From positions 341,744,001 to 341,808,000 of the forward strand of contig OZ024743.1 of NCBI GenBank assembly GCA_964016885.1: a stretch of DNA of 64,000 nt, in the 5' to 3' direction. A program made the translations under genes and the position numbers. This DNA comes from Eledone cirrhosa (Eukaryota). The notes under the pieces are model-generated. The model was not told the origin of the DNA. It worked only from the letters and a program-made list of their open reading frames with translations, and searched no databases. This document shows positions 11,426 through 25,746 of the stretch, in pieces. Positions within the stretch are counted from its first letter, which is position 1; each line of letters starts with the position of its first letter.

Positions 11426-12002
11426 TGCGTGTGTGTCTGTGTACACACACACACACACACATACACACACATACACATATATACGAAAACGGTTAGGGTA
11501 ATTTGAAAAGAAAATCGCAATAGATAAGTATGGATATAAGAAAGGGGACATATGAAGTGAAATCATATGGAACTTGGGAAATATTTAATATGACAATTCA
11601 TTGAAAGAGGGTAACTGAATACATAATTTACAAATAAAATTTGACATATTTTTGGTATATTGTGAAATATAATTATCGTGAGTATGCATAACAAATTTTT
11701 CGAAATATATATTAGATATGGATATTCATAAGATTCCTCGTGAGGAATGTATACGCAAAACAGACGCTTACGTACGAAAACATTCAGTTACTTGCTCAAA
11801 TAAATATAAGGTGGAAAAGTTCACAGGATAAATATGAAGGAATGATGTTAGAGCTGTCAAATCTTGCATACATTAATTTCAACTGATCTTAGTAATAAAT
11901 CCAATGAAACATAAACCTGAGAGTATTTTGGTCAGCATATGAACCTTTCAGCTGATGACTCTGCTACACACACACACATACATATATATATATACATATA
12001 TA

Positions 12003-12104
<102 letters not shown>

Positions 12105-13322
12105 ACGGCGAGGAATTAGTTTTGCGAGGTTTATGATATGAAATCGGGTGTCGAAAGAAATGTTGTTATACTTGGGGAGGGTCATATTTGTGTAATAATA
12201 TTGCCAGAATTAATAACAGAACACACTCACTGTTTGGTTGGTTTTCGCTTCTGTATCTTTTATATCGATTAATTTAATTTATTCGGTCCTCAATGTTACC
12301 ATTGACTGACCAACGGTCAAAATTACAGATATAATATAGACACAAACACATATATATAGTCTAACAAAGTTCTTTCGGTGCACATCTGCAACATCGTCAG
12401 TGGTGCTATTATCTTTCCTCCCGTTGTATTGTATGTCCCCATCTTTATTTAGTCTGTTTATTTACTTTTTTTTTTTGTCTTCTCTGCGGATGCGTTTGCG
12501 TGTGTGTATAGTGTTTGATGTGTGTTCGTGTTTGGGCGACTGTGTATTGGTTATTGTATTCTATCTTAGTTTACTAGTGTGTGTGTGTATGTGTTTGTTG
12601 TTATTGTGCTTATGTATGTATTTATTTATTTATTTATACTTCTCTTAGGTCAGTATTGTTTGTTTGGGTGTTGTTGTTATTCCATTCATTTTTTTCTGTT
12701 TAGCCTTGGCCTTCTAAGTTCTATTTCGCTGGCCTCTCTGATTTGCCTATCTGCTGGGTCATTTCTATGTTTAGATATTATTCTAATTTCTATGTTGTCT
12801 ATGTTACCGTCGTGTTGTTGTCTGGCATGTTCGTATAGTACTGAACCGTTTTGTCATCCTTTTAGTTCCCCCAGTGTTGGTCTATCATTTCACCTATGCT
12901 ACGAGCTGTCTCGCCTATGCATGTTGTTGTCATGTTTCTGCAATTCCCCTCTGTACATCTTATGCTATAGACTACGTTTCTAGTTTTACACTTTATCTGG
13001 GGGTTTACTTTACATATAATACATTTCCTATTAGTACAATGGTTTTCTTAAAAGGGTAGGTTTTGCTGATCAGGGATTTTATGGTGGTTCCTGGCTTTTC
13101 TACCGCCTTAACCTTTAAGTGAGTCTTTCTCAGGGCCTTTCTACACTGGTTAGCTAATTTCCCTCCAGGGGTAGCGTCCACAAACATGACACACTAGTAT
13201 CTCTGCAGATGTGCAACGAAAGAACTTTGTTAGACTATATATATGTGCTTGTGTCTATATTATATCTGTATTTTTGACCGTTGGTCAGTCAATGGTAACA
13301 TTGAGAACCGAATAAATTAAAA
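12105..13322 (-). mobile_element. 5'-truncated PLE (family A) 3' end with GIY-YIG remnant and an inverted pseudo-LTR piece (13200-13322)
   Basis: FVDATPGGKLANQCRKAL, NCKTRNVVYSI. Highly similar to 16000-16840 and 18075-19143. HHR-like motif at 12362-12404. Confidence 0.85.
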
Positions 13323-13494
13323 CGCTAAAAATTCTAATTTAGTCCAGAAATAGCCGTCGAAACAGCTTGTGCTCTGCCGTCGATATATATATATGTCGAT
13401 ATATATATATGTGATCTTTAATGCGAAGAAATACCTATGATGGCCAGAAGATCACTGATGATGGATAATTCTGGCTTCTTTTTCTATTTTTTTA

Positions 13495-13629
<135 letters not shown>

Positions 13630-14421
13630 CATACACAGATATATATATAAGCGGGTGTCTCAGTGTAGCAGCTTATGTGAAATTAATGTATAGCAAAATC
13701 AAATATTAAAATGTGTGCAGGTACTTTATTCATAAAAAGAATTTAACGTGTATTTACAAACATTTTCTAATTTAACTTTATCTTCTCTACATACATTTCC
13801 TTAGTGTTAACGCTAAGGTTAGTAGCACTGTTCGTAAGGTGCTGTTGCAACTATTCTGTCCGACATATCTTTTGCAACACTTACAAATTCATTTCATATT
13901 TATAATGCTTTCTCCATTGATATCTTTTTTAACGTAATTTTCATAGGCTTGCTGTTGATAGACGTTAACGAGTTCACGACGTGAGTTCAATTATTCTTGC
14001 ACATTTGTGAACTATAACTTATTAAACTCTTATTCATGTCCAATGGCAACATTTTCATCTGCAGCTATGTCTATTGAATATATATACATATATATTCCTG
14101 AGGCATTCTAACCACAGTAAAATGCTATTCTAAGCAAATTTAATGTAGCTGTAAAGATTTACAGGTAGTAACGCCTTGACTACTGTGAAAATAGAAACAT
14201 CAGTGCTTTCACCTCATAACATAAATTCTGCAACCTAACTGTCTTGAAGTAAGTTCGACTTTTAAGTTCAAGCATCTAAAAATCCCCACGAGCAATACAA
14301 GAAACGATATCATTAGTCATGTTCCAGAAATTATTCAACAAAAAGAACGCATTTCAAAGTATTCCGACTTTGTGACAGGTAAGTAATATGACACATTTGT
14401 CGCGTTCATATATATAATATA

Positions 14422-14810
14422 TTAGAATTGGTGCTCTGAAATAGCGATGTATATATGAAAGTATATATAGTATATTTGGCAATACACTGTAGGCTTAATT
14501 AAAAACATTTTGAAGACCTTACGCTATTGTTTTAAAGTAGTGACTATGTCACTTACTTCTTTCTTCAACAAACAAAGGGAGATAAGCTGACAGATCTCTG
14601 TTTCATACTGTTGGTATTCGTCAGCGCCTATCACTCCCCTTATTTGTTGAAAATTATAGATGTTTTCTCATAGAAATCCAGTAATAATCAGGAACTGATT
14701 ATACAGAGCGGTTGCCGGTCCAGCAAAAATTGAAAATTAGAATTGGTGCTCTGAAATAGCGATGTATATATGAAACATGGATCTATAGGATATTTGACAA
14801 TACACTGTAT
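14422..14810 (-). mobile_element. Retrozyme-like non-coding partial tandem repeat (315-nt period) carrying a hammerhead
   Basis: TTAGAATTGGTGCTCTGAAATAGCGATG at 14422 and 14737. No ORF. Related fragments at 21517-21750 and 44281-44398. Confidence 0.65.
14564..14651 (-). ncRNA. Canonical-core type I hammerhead ribozyme with long extended stem I
   Basis: TTCAACAAATAAGGGGA-GT-GATAGGC-G-CTGACGA-ATAC(CAACA)GTAT-GAAA-CAG(AGAT)CTG-TC-A-GCTTATC-TCCCTTTGTTTGTTGAA. Confidence 0.82.
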
Positions 14811-14817
14811 AAGTACT

Positions 14818-14992
14818 TTACCCCCTGAAAAATTCAGCTATTTAACTACCACGCTAAAAAATCTAATTTAGTCCAGACACGGCTTGAGCTCTGCCGTCGG
14901 GGTCAAACATTTTCCTATTACCCACTCTACTACCCTAGGTATTGAGTACTCTGGTGTGTTATGGTGCATCTGGTTCCTTTCCACACTTCCTT

Positions 14993-14997
<5 letters not shown>
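14818..14997 (+). repeat. Solo pseudo-LTR fragment of the 1-3432 PLE family (others at 13322-13382, 21030-21158, 21835-21870, 57620-57805)
   Basis: Shared CGGCTTGAGCTCTGCCGTCGGGGT...CCACTCTACTACCCTAGGTATTGAGTACTCTGGTG. Several copies have internal inversions, and all are next to (TA)n. Confidence 0.8.
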
Positions 14998-15061
<64 letters not shown>

Positions 15062-15502
15062 AGGTTTACAAATACATAAAGTTATAGATATACATGTTGC
15101 AACTGGTCACTTTGTGGCTCTATGAAGAATTAATAAATTAAATAGTCAGAGCAATATATCATAAATCAGTAAGTTCCTATTAATTGGATGTCTAAAAATA
15201 CGGATGAAACCATGGTAGAGATATAATGAAGGTATGTACACATTTCTTCTAAGTTTAAATTTACACCTAATTGTGTATGGTTGATGGTACATTTAGTCAG
15301 TTTCTACATGCTGTCGAAATGTTGGATAAATACTCTATTGGGGCCACCGCGAAGAGGCCACTTTCAGTTATTTGTCGGAGATTTCTTCATAAGAGCATTT
15401 ATTCTTATAGCTTGGTCTAATTGATTTTTTATATGGTTAATTATGGTTATTGGGAGAGGAAATGGTATATATTTTATCTAGTAATACTAAACACATGATT
15501 TA

Positions 15503-15557
<55 letters not shown>

Positions 15558-15700
15558 ATCTGTATTTTTTACCTTTGGTAACATTGAGGACCGAATAAAT
15601 TAAATTAACCGATATAAAAGATACAGAAGCGAAAACCACCCCAACAGTGAATGTGTTCTGTTATTAATTCTGGCAATATTACACAATTATTACCCTCCCC

Positions 15701-15800
<100 letters not shown>

Positions 15801-16936
15801 AGGGTAATATTTGTGTAATATTGCCAGAATTAATAACAGAACACATTCACTGCTGGGTTGGTTTCCGCTTTCCGCTTCTGTGTCTTTTATATCGGTTAAT
15901 TTAATTTATTAGGTCCTCAATGTTGCCATTGACTGACCAAAGGTAAGAAATACAGATACAATATAGATACAAACACATATATATAGTTTATCAAAGTTCT
16001 TTCGTTGCACATCTGCAACATCGTCAGTGGTGCTATTATTTCCTCCCGTTACATTGTATTTTCTATGCCATCTTTATTTAGTCTGTTTATATATATATAT
16101 ATTTGTTTGTCTTCTTTGCGCATGCGTTTGCGTTTGTGTGTAGCATTTTGTTTGATGTGTGTTCGTGATTGGGTGATAGTGTATTCGTTAATGTATTCTA
16201 TCGTTATTAGTGTGTGTTTATATGTGTTTGTTGTTATTGTGCTTGTGTATGTATGTATTTATTTATCTATTTATTTATTTATTTATACTTCTCTTAGGTT
16301 AGTGTTGTTTGTTTGGGTGTTGTTGTTATTCCATTCATTTTTTCTGTTTATCCTTGGCCTTTTAAGTTCTATTTCACTGGACTCTCTGATTTGCCTATCT
16401 GCTGGGTCATTTCTATGTTTAGATATTATTCTAATTTCTATGTTATCTATGTTACCGTGGTGTTGTTGTCTGGCATGTGCGTATAGTACTGAACCGTTTT
16501 TTCGTCCTTTTAGTTCCCCCCAGTGTTGGTCTATCCTTTCACCTATGCTACGAGCTTTCTTGCCTATGTATGTTGTTGTCATGTTTCTGCAAGTACGCTC
16601 TGTACATCTTATGCTATAGACTACGTTTCTAGTTTTACAGTTCATCCGGGGGTTTACCTTACATATGATACATTTCCTATTAGTACAGTGGGTTTTCTTA
16701 AAAGGGTAGGTTTTGCTGATCAGGGATTTTATGGCGGTTCCTTGCTTTTCTACCACCTTAATCTTTAAGTGGGTCTTTCTCAGGGCCTTTCTACTCTGGT
16801 TAGCTAATTTACCTCCAGGGGTAGCGTCCACACACATGACACTCTGGTATCTCTCGTTGTCTTACCATGAGGTGGCTTACCCTATCTTATGTCTAGCCCT
16901 ATCTAAGCTATTCCATGATTTTCTCCTGTATAATAG

Positions 16937-18639
16937 GGATCATGGATGTGGTATCACTGTACCCATCCATTAACATTGATTTTGCTGTGGAAAAATATGT
17001 GTAGATGATCATTGAGAGTGAGGTGGAGTTCTGCGACGTCGACACAGACGAACTGGGCCTCCTACTTCGACTTACCTACGACACTGACTACCTAGACAGC
17101 CATGACCCTAGACGTTTCTGCCCCAGTAGACGCATAAGAGGTAGAGCCCCCACCATAACATCAATGGCTAAAAAGACTCCCATGGGAAGGTGGATTGGGT
17201 GGACCAAAGCTATACGGACCCCCCCCCCCCCAAAAAAAAAAAATAATGATCAGGTAAGAAAAATGGTCGCACATGCAATAGGGGCTAGTATCAAAACTAC
17301 CCTAAGGGCCACATATTCAAGTTCAACGAGAAGATCTACACCCAAAATGAGGGAGCAGATATTGGCGTCAGCATAGCTGGTGACGTTGCAAACCTTCTTA
17401 TGGTATGCTGGGAAAGGAGACTTAAAGATCTCCTTAATCAGAACTCCATATACCTCATCATCTACTCTCGTTACGTAGACGATATCAATATAATTATAAG
17501 AACATCCCCACAAGAGAGCACTAACAAGTTTAATTTAGAACGTAGCACAATGGAAAGCATCCAGCAGATAGCTAATTCCATACACCAGAGTATAACTGTA
17601 ACTATCGACTACCCTTCCCAACACCCTAACAATAGACTACCTGTGTTACACACGGAACTCTGGATTAACACTATAGACGAGAGAGCCCAAATTCTCCACT
17701 CACACTATGCTAAACCAATGGCCTCCAAATACTTGATACTCAAAAACTCAGCAATGTCCAGTAGTGCTAAGTTTAATATTCTGATCGCAGACTTGGTACG
17801 AGTGATGAAGAACGTGTCCCGCATGTGCGACCGAACAGAAATGGAAAGACACATCCAACACTTTATCAACCGCATGCAGTTCTCTGGCTACAACCAAAGA
17901 GATAGAATCAGAGTATACGAAGAAGCCACGGAGAAGTATAAGACCCTCATAGAACATGACATGAAAGGAATTTGCCCATTATACAGGAGAAAATCATGGA
18001 ATAGCTTAGATAGGGCTAGACATAAGATAGGGAAAGCCACCTCATGGTACGACAACCAGAGATGGCAGAGTGTCACGTTTGTGGACGCTAACCCTGGAGG
18101 GAAATTAGCTAACCAGTGTAGAAATGCCCTGAGAAAGACCCACCTAAAGATTAAGGTGGTAAAAAAGCAAGGAACCACCATAAAATCCCTGATAAGCAAA
18201 ACCTACCCTTTTAAGAAAACCCACTGTACTAATATATATATATATAAAATGTATCATATGTAAGGTAAACCCCCGAATAAACTGTAAAACTAGAAACGTA
18301 GTCTATAGCATAAGATGTACAGAGGGTACTTGCAGAAACATGACAACAACATACATAGGCAAGAAAGCTCGTAGCATAGGTGAAAGGATAGACCAACACT
18401 GGGGGGAACTAAAAGGACGAAAACACGATTCAGTACTATACGAACATGCCAGACAACAACACCACGGTAACATAGATAACATAGAAATTAGAATAATATC
18501 TAAACATAGAAATGACCCAGCAGATAGGCAAATCAGAGAGTCCAGTGAAATAGAACTTAGAAGGCCAAGTCTAGATAGAAAGAATGAATGGAATAACAAC
18601 AACACCCAAACAAACAACACTGACCTAAGAGAAGTATAA
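16937..18639 (+). pseudogene. PLE reverse transcriptase plus GIY-YIG endonuclease, frameshifted
   Basis: SMDVVSLYPSI (RT motif A), GADIGVSIAGDVANLLM, YSRYVDD (ORF 17400-18263), NVVYSI..TTYIGKKARSIGERIDQH. Confidence 0.88.
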
Positions 18640-18895
18640 ATAAATAAATAAATAGATAAATGAATAAATACATACACAAGCACAATAACAACAAACACAT
18701 ATAAACACACACTTGTAAAGATAGAATACATTAACCAATACACACTCACCCAATCACGAACACACATCAAACAAAACACTATACACACACGCAAACGCAT
18801 GCGCAAAGAAGACAAAAAAAAACAAATACATAAATATATAAATAGACTAAATAAAGATGGCGTAGAAAATACAATGCAACGGGAGGAAACAACAG

Positions 18896-18939
18896 CACCA
18901 CTGACGATGTTGCAGATGTGCAACGAAAGAACTTTGATA
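18896..18939 (+). ncRNA. Minimal hammerhead-like motif in the family A pseudo-LTR (also 15989-16031, 12362-12404; diverged 51815-51860, 53362-53404)
   Basis: CTGACGA-T-GTTGCA(GATG)TGCAAC-GAAA-GAAC-TT. Stem II covaries to GTCACA/TGTGAC in the old copy at 51830. Stem I is weak here but is GTCA/TGAC at 53362. Confidence 0.62.
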
Positions 18940-19164
18940 AACTATATATATGTGTTTGTGTCTATATTGTATCTGTATTTTTGACCGTTGGTCAGTCAAT
19001 GGCAACATTTAGGACCGAATAAATTAAATTAACCGATATAAAAGACACAGAAGCGAAAAGCGAAAACCAACCAAACAGTGAGTGCGTTCTGTTATTAATT
19101 CTGGCAATATTACACAAATATGACCCTCCCCAAGTATAACATTACATATATATATATATATATA

Positions 19165-21012
19165 TGGGATAACAAATTATCGTTATAGATAATCCAGTTA
19201 GAGATTGTGAGTACCCCGTATTGTGGATAGTTTTAACGTACGCCGTTGTTTGACTCAACAAGATTTTCCTTGGTTAATTGGCGAGTTTTCGGGAATTCCT
19301 ATGCAGGTTAATCTTGGAGTGTTAATAGTGAAAGCGTGAAGTATTACATAGTCAACAGTACAAAAAGGGTTTTATTTACAGTATTAACTAATTGACAAGC
19401 ACTTTCCTAAACATCACAAATACTATAAAATCTTTAATAGAAAAACTATCGAACTGTCTTAATCTGCTGCAGCCAACATACAATCACACATACACAAAAT
19501 TAACTATAGAAGAATCTCTAATGAAAATAACCTACAAACAAACACCATAACACCAAATACAAAACGCAAACATAATAACATCACAACCACAAAAATACCA
19601 AAATATCAACACACCCAAATCTCAGCCCATACATAACAACATACAAAACCGCATCGAAGAACCGGCACATAGGAAGGAATCAAAATGTAAGTGGCCACTA
19701 CAAAATAGATGCCTGGAGTCAAATATAGTGTACCAGTGTACTATAAATTCAGACAACTCTACATAGGTTCTACGGCTGGGCAGTTAAAAAAAAGATGGTA
19801 CGTTCACAGACATTCTATAAAGAACCGTAGACACGTCAATAAAATCTGGCAGCTTAAGGATACAAACCAAGAATACGGAATTAGCTGGTCGAAATTATCG
19901 GGGGGCAAAGATCTACAGAAATGGAATGTCCCACTGTGGACTTTGTAGTATGGAGTTGCTCTATATTTTAAAGGTATGACAAAATGCTGCTTAACAGCAA
20001 AATAGCACGGTAAATTTTCTGTAGGCATAACGCAGCTACTAAATTCGCAAATTTCAAAACCAACATGATTCGATCTAACAATCCTACAATTCAAACTGAA
20101 CAACTTAGAGTCTATTATAATTACCCATTATTAGCAGTGGATTGGTAGTATCGGTAGAGGGTCGGACGCCATGCTTTGACACATAGAGTTACGGCCCTTG
20201 ACATTCTGAGTTCAAATCCCGCCGAGGTTAACTTTGCCTGTTACCCTTACGGGTCGATGAAATAAAGTACCAGTAATGCACTGGGTGATTGCTGGCCTTG
20301 CGGCCAAAGTAGAAACAATTATTAACTGTCAATAGATCAACTAATCACTAAATCAACATCATAACATCCTAATCTTTCTTTCACTCTCTTTACCTAAAAC
20401 TATTTCACCTCTTCCATTATATCCTATCATGTTCTCTTCACCTCTCACATAACTTCAAATTTATTAAGTTCTCCTTTATTTATCACTGTATTATTTCTTC
20501 ATAATATAACCCTCTGTAATTTAACCAATACATATGTATATATTTAATATTTTCATATTTATACCATCACATCTTTATACTTACACACCAGTATAACTTT
20601 AACCACCGCCACCACCACCACCACAACTATTTTCAACAATCATATTGTTCAATTTTTTTCACACATTTATATATTTTTTTACTTATTTTTTATCATCTTC
20701 ATTCTAACTTATTTATTATTATCTATTTATTATTTTTTATTTTCATTTTTTTTCATTTTTCTCTCTCTTTTTATTTTTTATTTTTATTTTTCTTTCTTTA
20801 TTACTGATGTTGGATTTGAATTTTCCTACAAACGCCGTGTATAATTTGAATCAGTTATTCCGATGATTTGATTTGCCATGCATGTATTTAAAATTGAGTG
20901 ACACAACTTCAAGTGATTAGCAATTTTTAGACACCTTAATCAATGAAACAGTGGTTAATACTGTAAATAAACCCCTTTTTGTACTGTTGACCATGTTATT
21001 CTTCACTCTTTC
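19165..21012 (+). mobile_element. Decayed Naiad-like PLE 3' part with inverted pseudo-LTR at the 5' end and a nested SINE
   Basis: IDKHFPKHHKYYKIFNRKTIELS, NIVYQC, LYIGSTAGQLKKRWYVH, IWQLKD. 19331-19388 is an inverted copy of 20955-21012. Confidence 0.8.
20134..20317 (+). mobile_element. tRNA-derived SINE (family 1)
   Basis: Pol III B-box-like GAGTTCAAATCC, conserved body GAGGTTAACTTTGCC...GTCGATGAAATAAAGTACCAGT, ATTATTA TSD/tail. Confidence 0.85.
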
Positions 21013-21156
21013 ACTATATATATATATACAGGAAAAGGTATGACCCCGACGGCAGAGCTCAAGCGGTTTCGACGGCTATTTCTGGACTCTACTACCCTAA
21101 GTATTGAGTACTCTGGTGTGTTATGGTTCATCTGGTTCCTTACCACAATTCCTTTG

Positions 21157-21226
<70 letters not shown>

Positions 21227-21401
21227 GATAATTCCGAAGAAAAAGCAAAGGAAAAAAGAGTGCTCTAAGTATAGAACAGAGCTATTTAATTAGAAAACAT
21301 GATTACTCCATTTGCAAAGGTTTCTTGACCCCAGGTGTATATTAATATTGTTTGGGATCCAGAGACCTTTGGAATAGTTATATTTTTATGTTGTTCACTT
21401 T

Positions 21402-21515
<114 letters not shown>

Positions 21516-21749
21516 ATTAGTATTGGTGCACTGTCATAGCGATGTATATATGAATGTACCTATAGTCTATTTGACAATATACTGTATGTTTATTTCAAAA
21601 TATTTTGAAGACCATTCGCTATGAATTGTAAAGTAGTGACTACGTCACGTACTTAGTGTCGGCAAAATTGAAAGCGAATGGTCTTCAAAATGTTTTTAAA
21701 TAAACATACAGCATATTATCAGTTATACTATACGTATATTCATATATAC

Positions 21750-21793
<44 letters not shown>

Positions 21794-24700
21794 ATATATT
21801 TATATATATATATATATATAAATGAAAAGATTCAAGACACCGACGCTGAGCTCCGGCCGTTTCGACAGCTAGATCTGAACTCAGATCTATATGTACATAC
21901 TTTTACACATATATATATAAGTACATATATGTGTGTTTCTCTCTCTCTCTCTCTATCTCTCCCTATCTCTCTCTCTCTCTCTCTCTCTGTTTCTGAAGGC
22001 GATTCTATATTTCTATACTTCAATTTACCATATATTATATAATCATTCTGTAGAAAAGTGGTCTCGTATCAAATCATTTTTAAGTCCTTATTCAAACTTT
22101 TTTCAGAAACAATGACAGCGGAATAGATGTATGTGTATTTCTATACGGAGTAGCGTTCGTTAAGTAACCAACTGAAATAAATCCATGGTCCCTGTAAATG
22201 CTTTAGGATAGTTTATTATGCAAATCTCGACGTGTTAATTATATTTGGTTAACGGGAATAAACCCATCATATCTCATTTCAAAAATATCTGCCTGCCAAA
22301 TATCGATATATTATGTAAGTTTGAGAAATAACAAAAATATAAAATATAATAAATATATATAATACGAAACATGATGGAGTGCGGGATCGCTGATACTTAA
22401 GTAGTTTGAAGACCAATTATAATAAACAAAAATGGAAAGAATTCTCCTTGGAATTATACGCCTTCAAATCATTTGCTCATCTAAACAATGTACCAGTCAA
22501 CAAAAAGAAAATTCATTCACCTCTTCATAAAATATTAGAGTTCAAGCTTGGACTTTAACTACACTATCTATGATTACAAGCGTGCATATACCACTTGAAA
22601 GTGGTATGTATCACTTCAACGCGGTACATATGATTTTAAAATTAAACATATCTATTTAAAGTGCACACATCGTTTCAAAGTGCGATTACTGATTTCCTTG
22701 TGCAACAAAAATACATAATGTACCATCACACAGAGAAAACGTAGCTGAGAAGATTTTAGTTATTATGAAATTATAAAGAAAATATCGATAAAGCCTGCTC
22801 CTTTTAATCACCCTTGGAATGTAGCTCTTATTTCTGTTGGGTTTTTAAACCCAACAATGCTGAATGTGTACCACTTTTGAAGAGAATTGGATAGTGCGAA
22901 ATCTACTTGTTCAAGAATTCCATAGTTTAGCAATTGAAGTATTGTTTTGTAGTATCTAGAAAAATAACATGAATTCAACGTACAACAAGGGCGATACATG
23001 TGTCCATCTCTCAGACAAATTTGTTTCTGTAATATCACTTTGAAAGCGCTAGGTTCACTTTGAAATCACCTTTCTCACTTTCAAAAGACAAAGTCCTATA
23101 TGAAATCATTGATCGTACTTTGAATTACCTTGTTAATTAATAAGAGTATGTCTTTAAAATGATATCTAATACCTAGATTATATGTTTTATTAAGATTTTA
23201 TAGATTTTAGTATTTGTTCCACTATATGAAGGCTCATTACGAGCTTAATCATTGAGGTACAATACCGGATTACAATAACTGTGCTGTTTGGACAAATAAT
23301 TAGAATGGAATGGACCTTGATCGGTTTCGTCGATATTTGATCCATGATTTTATCGACAGAACCGCCTACTCATGAAATTAACGACGAAATGTGTACCTAT
23401 AACGTATTTCTCTGGAAGATTCAGATTCAGCGTGACAACGCATGACACGTGTGACCCTTTGATTTACATGTACAAATTCGACCGGCTTCCAAATACTTTC
23501 TGTCTACTCAATTTCATTCACAATGAATTAATGGAAATTGAGAAATGATAAATGCCTCTTAGACCAAATAATGCAATCGAACACTGGTTTGAATGACTGC
23601 TTAACAGATTATATTTAACGCATAATATCGTTAGTTTATATTGGTGTGCACATCGAAGAAGTTACCGTTGCCCACGTATAGTAATGCATTACTCCATTTC
23701 AAGTCGGAATGTGTGTTCCTGCACGTTAGTTGTGAGAGTGGAAACAACATTTTAAACAACTGGAATTATAATAAAATTACTTCAATAATATAAAAGAAAG
23801 TTGAGTTTAGATCAACTGATTATGGTGAAATATAAATTAAAATTAAATGTGATAAAGAATATGACATTGAGCAAATTATTATGGTTTATTACAGCATTTC
23901 CACGTCATTTTGTCAAACGCTAGTTTGTGTTCCAACGATCTATAAGTTTATCTGTATGTGTTGTAATAACACAAGTAAAATTATAATCATAATACGAATT
24001 TAGATTTGTTAATTGAGAATAAATTTGATATTAACTGTTAAGTTTGATGTAGAAAATTCAGAAATAATGGTTAAAAACAAAAATACTAAAGAAAGAAAGA
24101 ATTTTCAGTGTAAGTAAAGAGTCGGAATAAATACCATAAATAATGATTCTTCCAACAATAATTATAATAACATTAATAAAGAATATCACACAAAATGATA
24201 GAATGGAAACTAGCTATAACATAATCTACCGATGCGTGTATGTGTTTCGTGTTTGTGCACGCGCACGTTTGCGTGTATGTTATTCAGTTTGATGATTAAT
24301 CTTTAATTAGTTCTATTTATTTAATGAATTGCTTTTGATACTATATATTAAAATGAAGAGACGTTTCACTCTTTTAAATGAAGCAAGGTTAAACACGAAA
24401 TTTTAATTAGGAGGATACAATTACTGATACAAATCATGAAGTCACAGAAAATTATGCCATTTACTTTAAGAAAATTATATTATTGAGTTTTGATTTTAGA
24501 CTTGAATATTTTAATTCTAATATTCGGTATTATAATCTAATCATGTAAGACAAACCATTAAACAATTATATGATTTTAATCTCAATTATGATGAGAAGGA
24601 GGCTCTGAAGCGGAAATATACTTTTTGAGCCACAGTTACTGAAACTCGATGCTCAGTAATTGCTGCTCATCAGGAAGATTAGCGACTTATTAAATTTCAA

Positions 24701-25710
24701 CCAATGCATTTTGAGCTTGTGTGGCTAGGTGCACGTAAAAATAAATGGAAGTTTCTCTGAAAAACACAGTTTATTGCAATAAGATCACCTAAGAGTAACA
24801 TAGCAACAGGATGTCATCATATGGCCAGATTCGAGTTGCAAGTATGATGATGGAAATTTTATATTTTGGTACTGCATGTTTCAGAAAGTAATAGAGCAGA
24901 TTATTTGCATCATGAACGGTACAATGGTACTTCTTCAGTATGCCAAGTGTTATTTAGGGGAATGGTAAATTTTTCACATTAGAATAACTCGAGGTATACC
25001 GATTGAATAAACAAGGAGCATCCGAAAGAAGCAGTAGTAATTACAATTCCTATATGTAGTTTGGATTAAAATCCTATGGAACCAAATCGATATGATTATT
25101 CTAAATATATAAAAAGAAGAACATTCTCGAAATGGAGAGAAATATATAATTATATAGTCTCAAAATAGGAAGAAATTTCAGATAATGTTGATCATTAATC
25201 TTATATTTCAAGGATTTCTACAAATTAATGTATAGAGTTTATTTTATTGAAAACATTATACGCCTTAAATCTTAAATTACTATGTTCATTTTTAGGGTGC
25301 AACTTATTATTTATACTCTCAATAATTGTATTTCTTAAATTTAAACTTTTCGTGATTCAACTTACATCATTTAATAAAATAAAAATGCTTTTTACTTTTC
25401 GCACAAACTTTGGATCATGATTAAGTAATTAACTTTTTTTATTAATTGATTGATGTATCAAAATCTAACACAACATGTAGAGTATTTGAATGAGAAATCC
25501 GTGACTGCTTTATTCATCTGTTATCTGGTAGTTATATATTAATGCTTATGAGGATGGAGATATAATTAGCTTTTAAACATCAGTGTATACATTCTTCTAG
25601 ACAATTGACTCTATTGTGTAAGTATATATAAGTATGTACATGCGTATGTATAGATGAGTTGTGTGCGTATATCTATTTACATGCTCTATCTTTCTCGACT
25701 CTCTCCCTCT

Positions 25711-25742
<32 letters not shown>

Positions 25743-25746
<4 letters not shown>

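Noticed and set aside
11880-11962. GAAA...GTC...CTGATGA as a type II hammerhead
   Set aside because: Stems I and II do not pair convincingly.
16005-16619. 204-aa hydrophobic membrane-like ORF (also 18303-18923 and 12579-12983)
   Set aside because: Antisense reading of the A-rich PLE GIY-YIG/3' UTR.
20134-20230. tRNA genes at B-box sites (20210, 44672, 55681)
   Set aside because: No cloverleaf; these are SINE heads.
24626-24675. Hairpin next to a minus-strand CTGATGA (HHR or SECIS candidate)
   Set aside because: No correctly placed GAAA/NUH or SECIS quartet; single copy.
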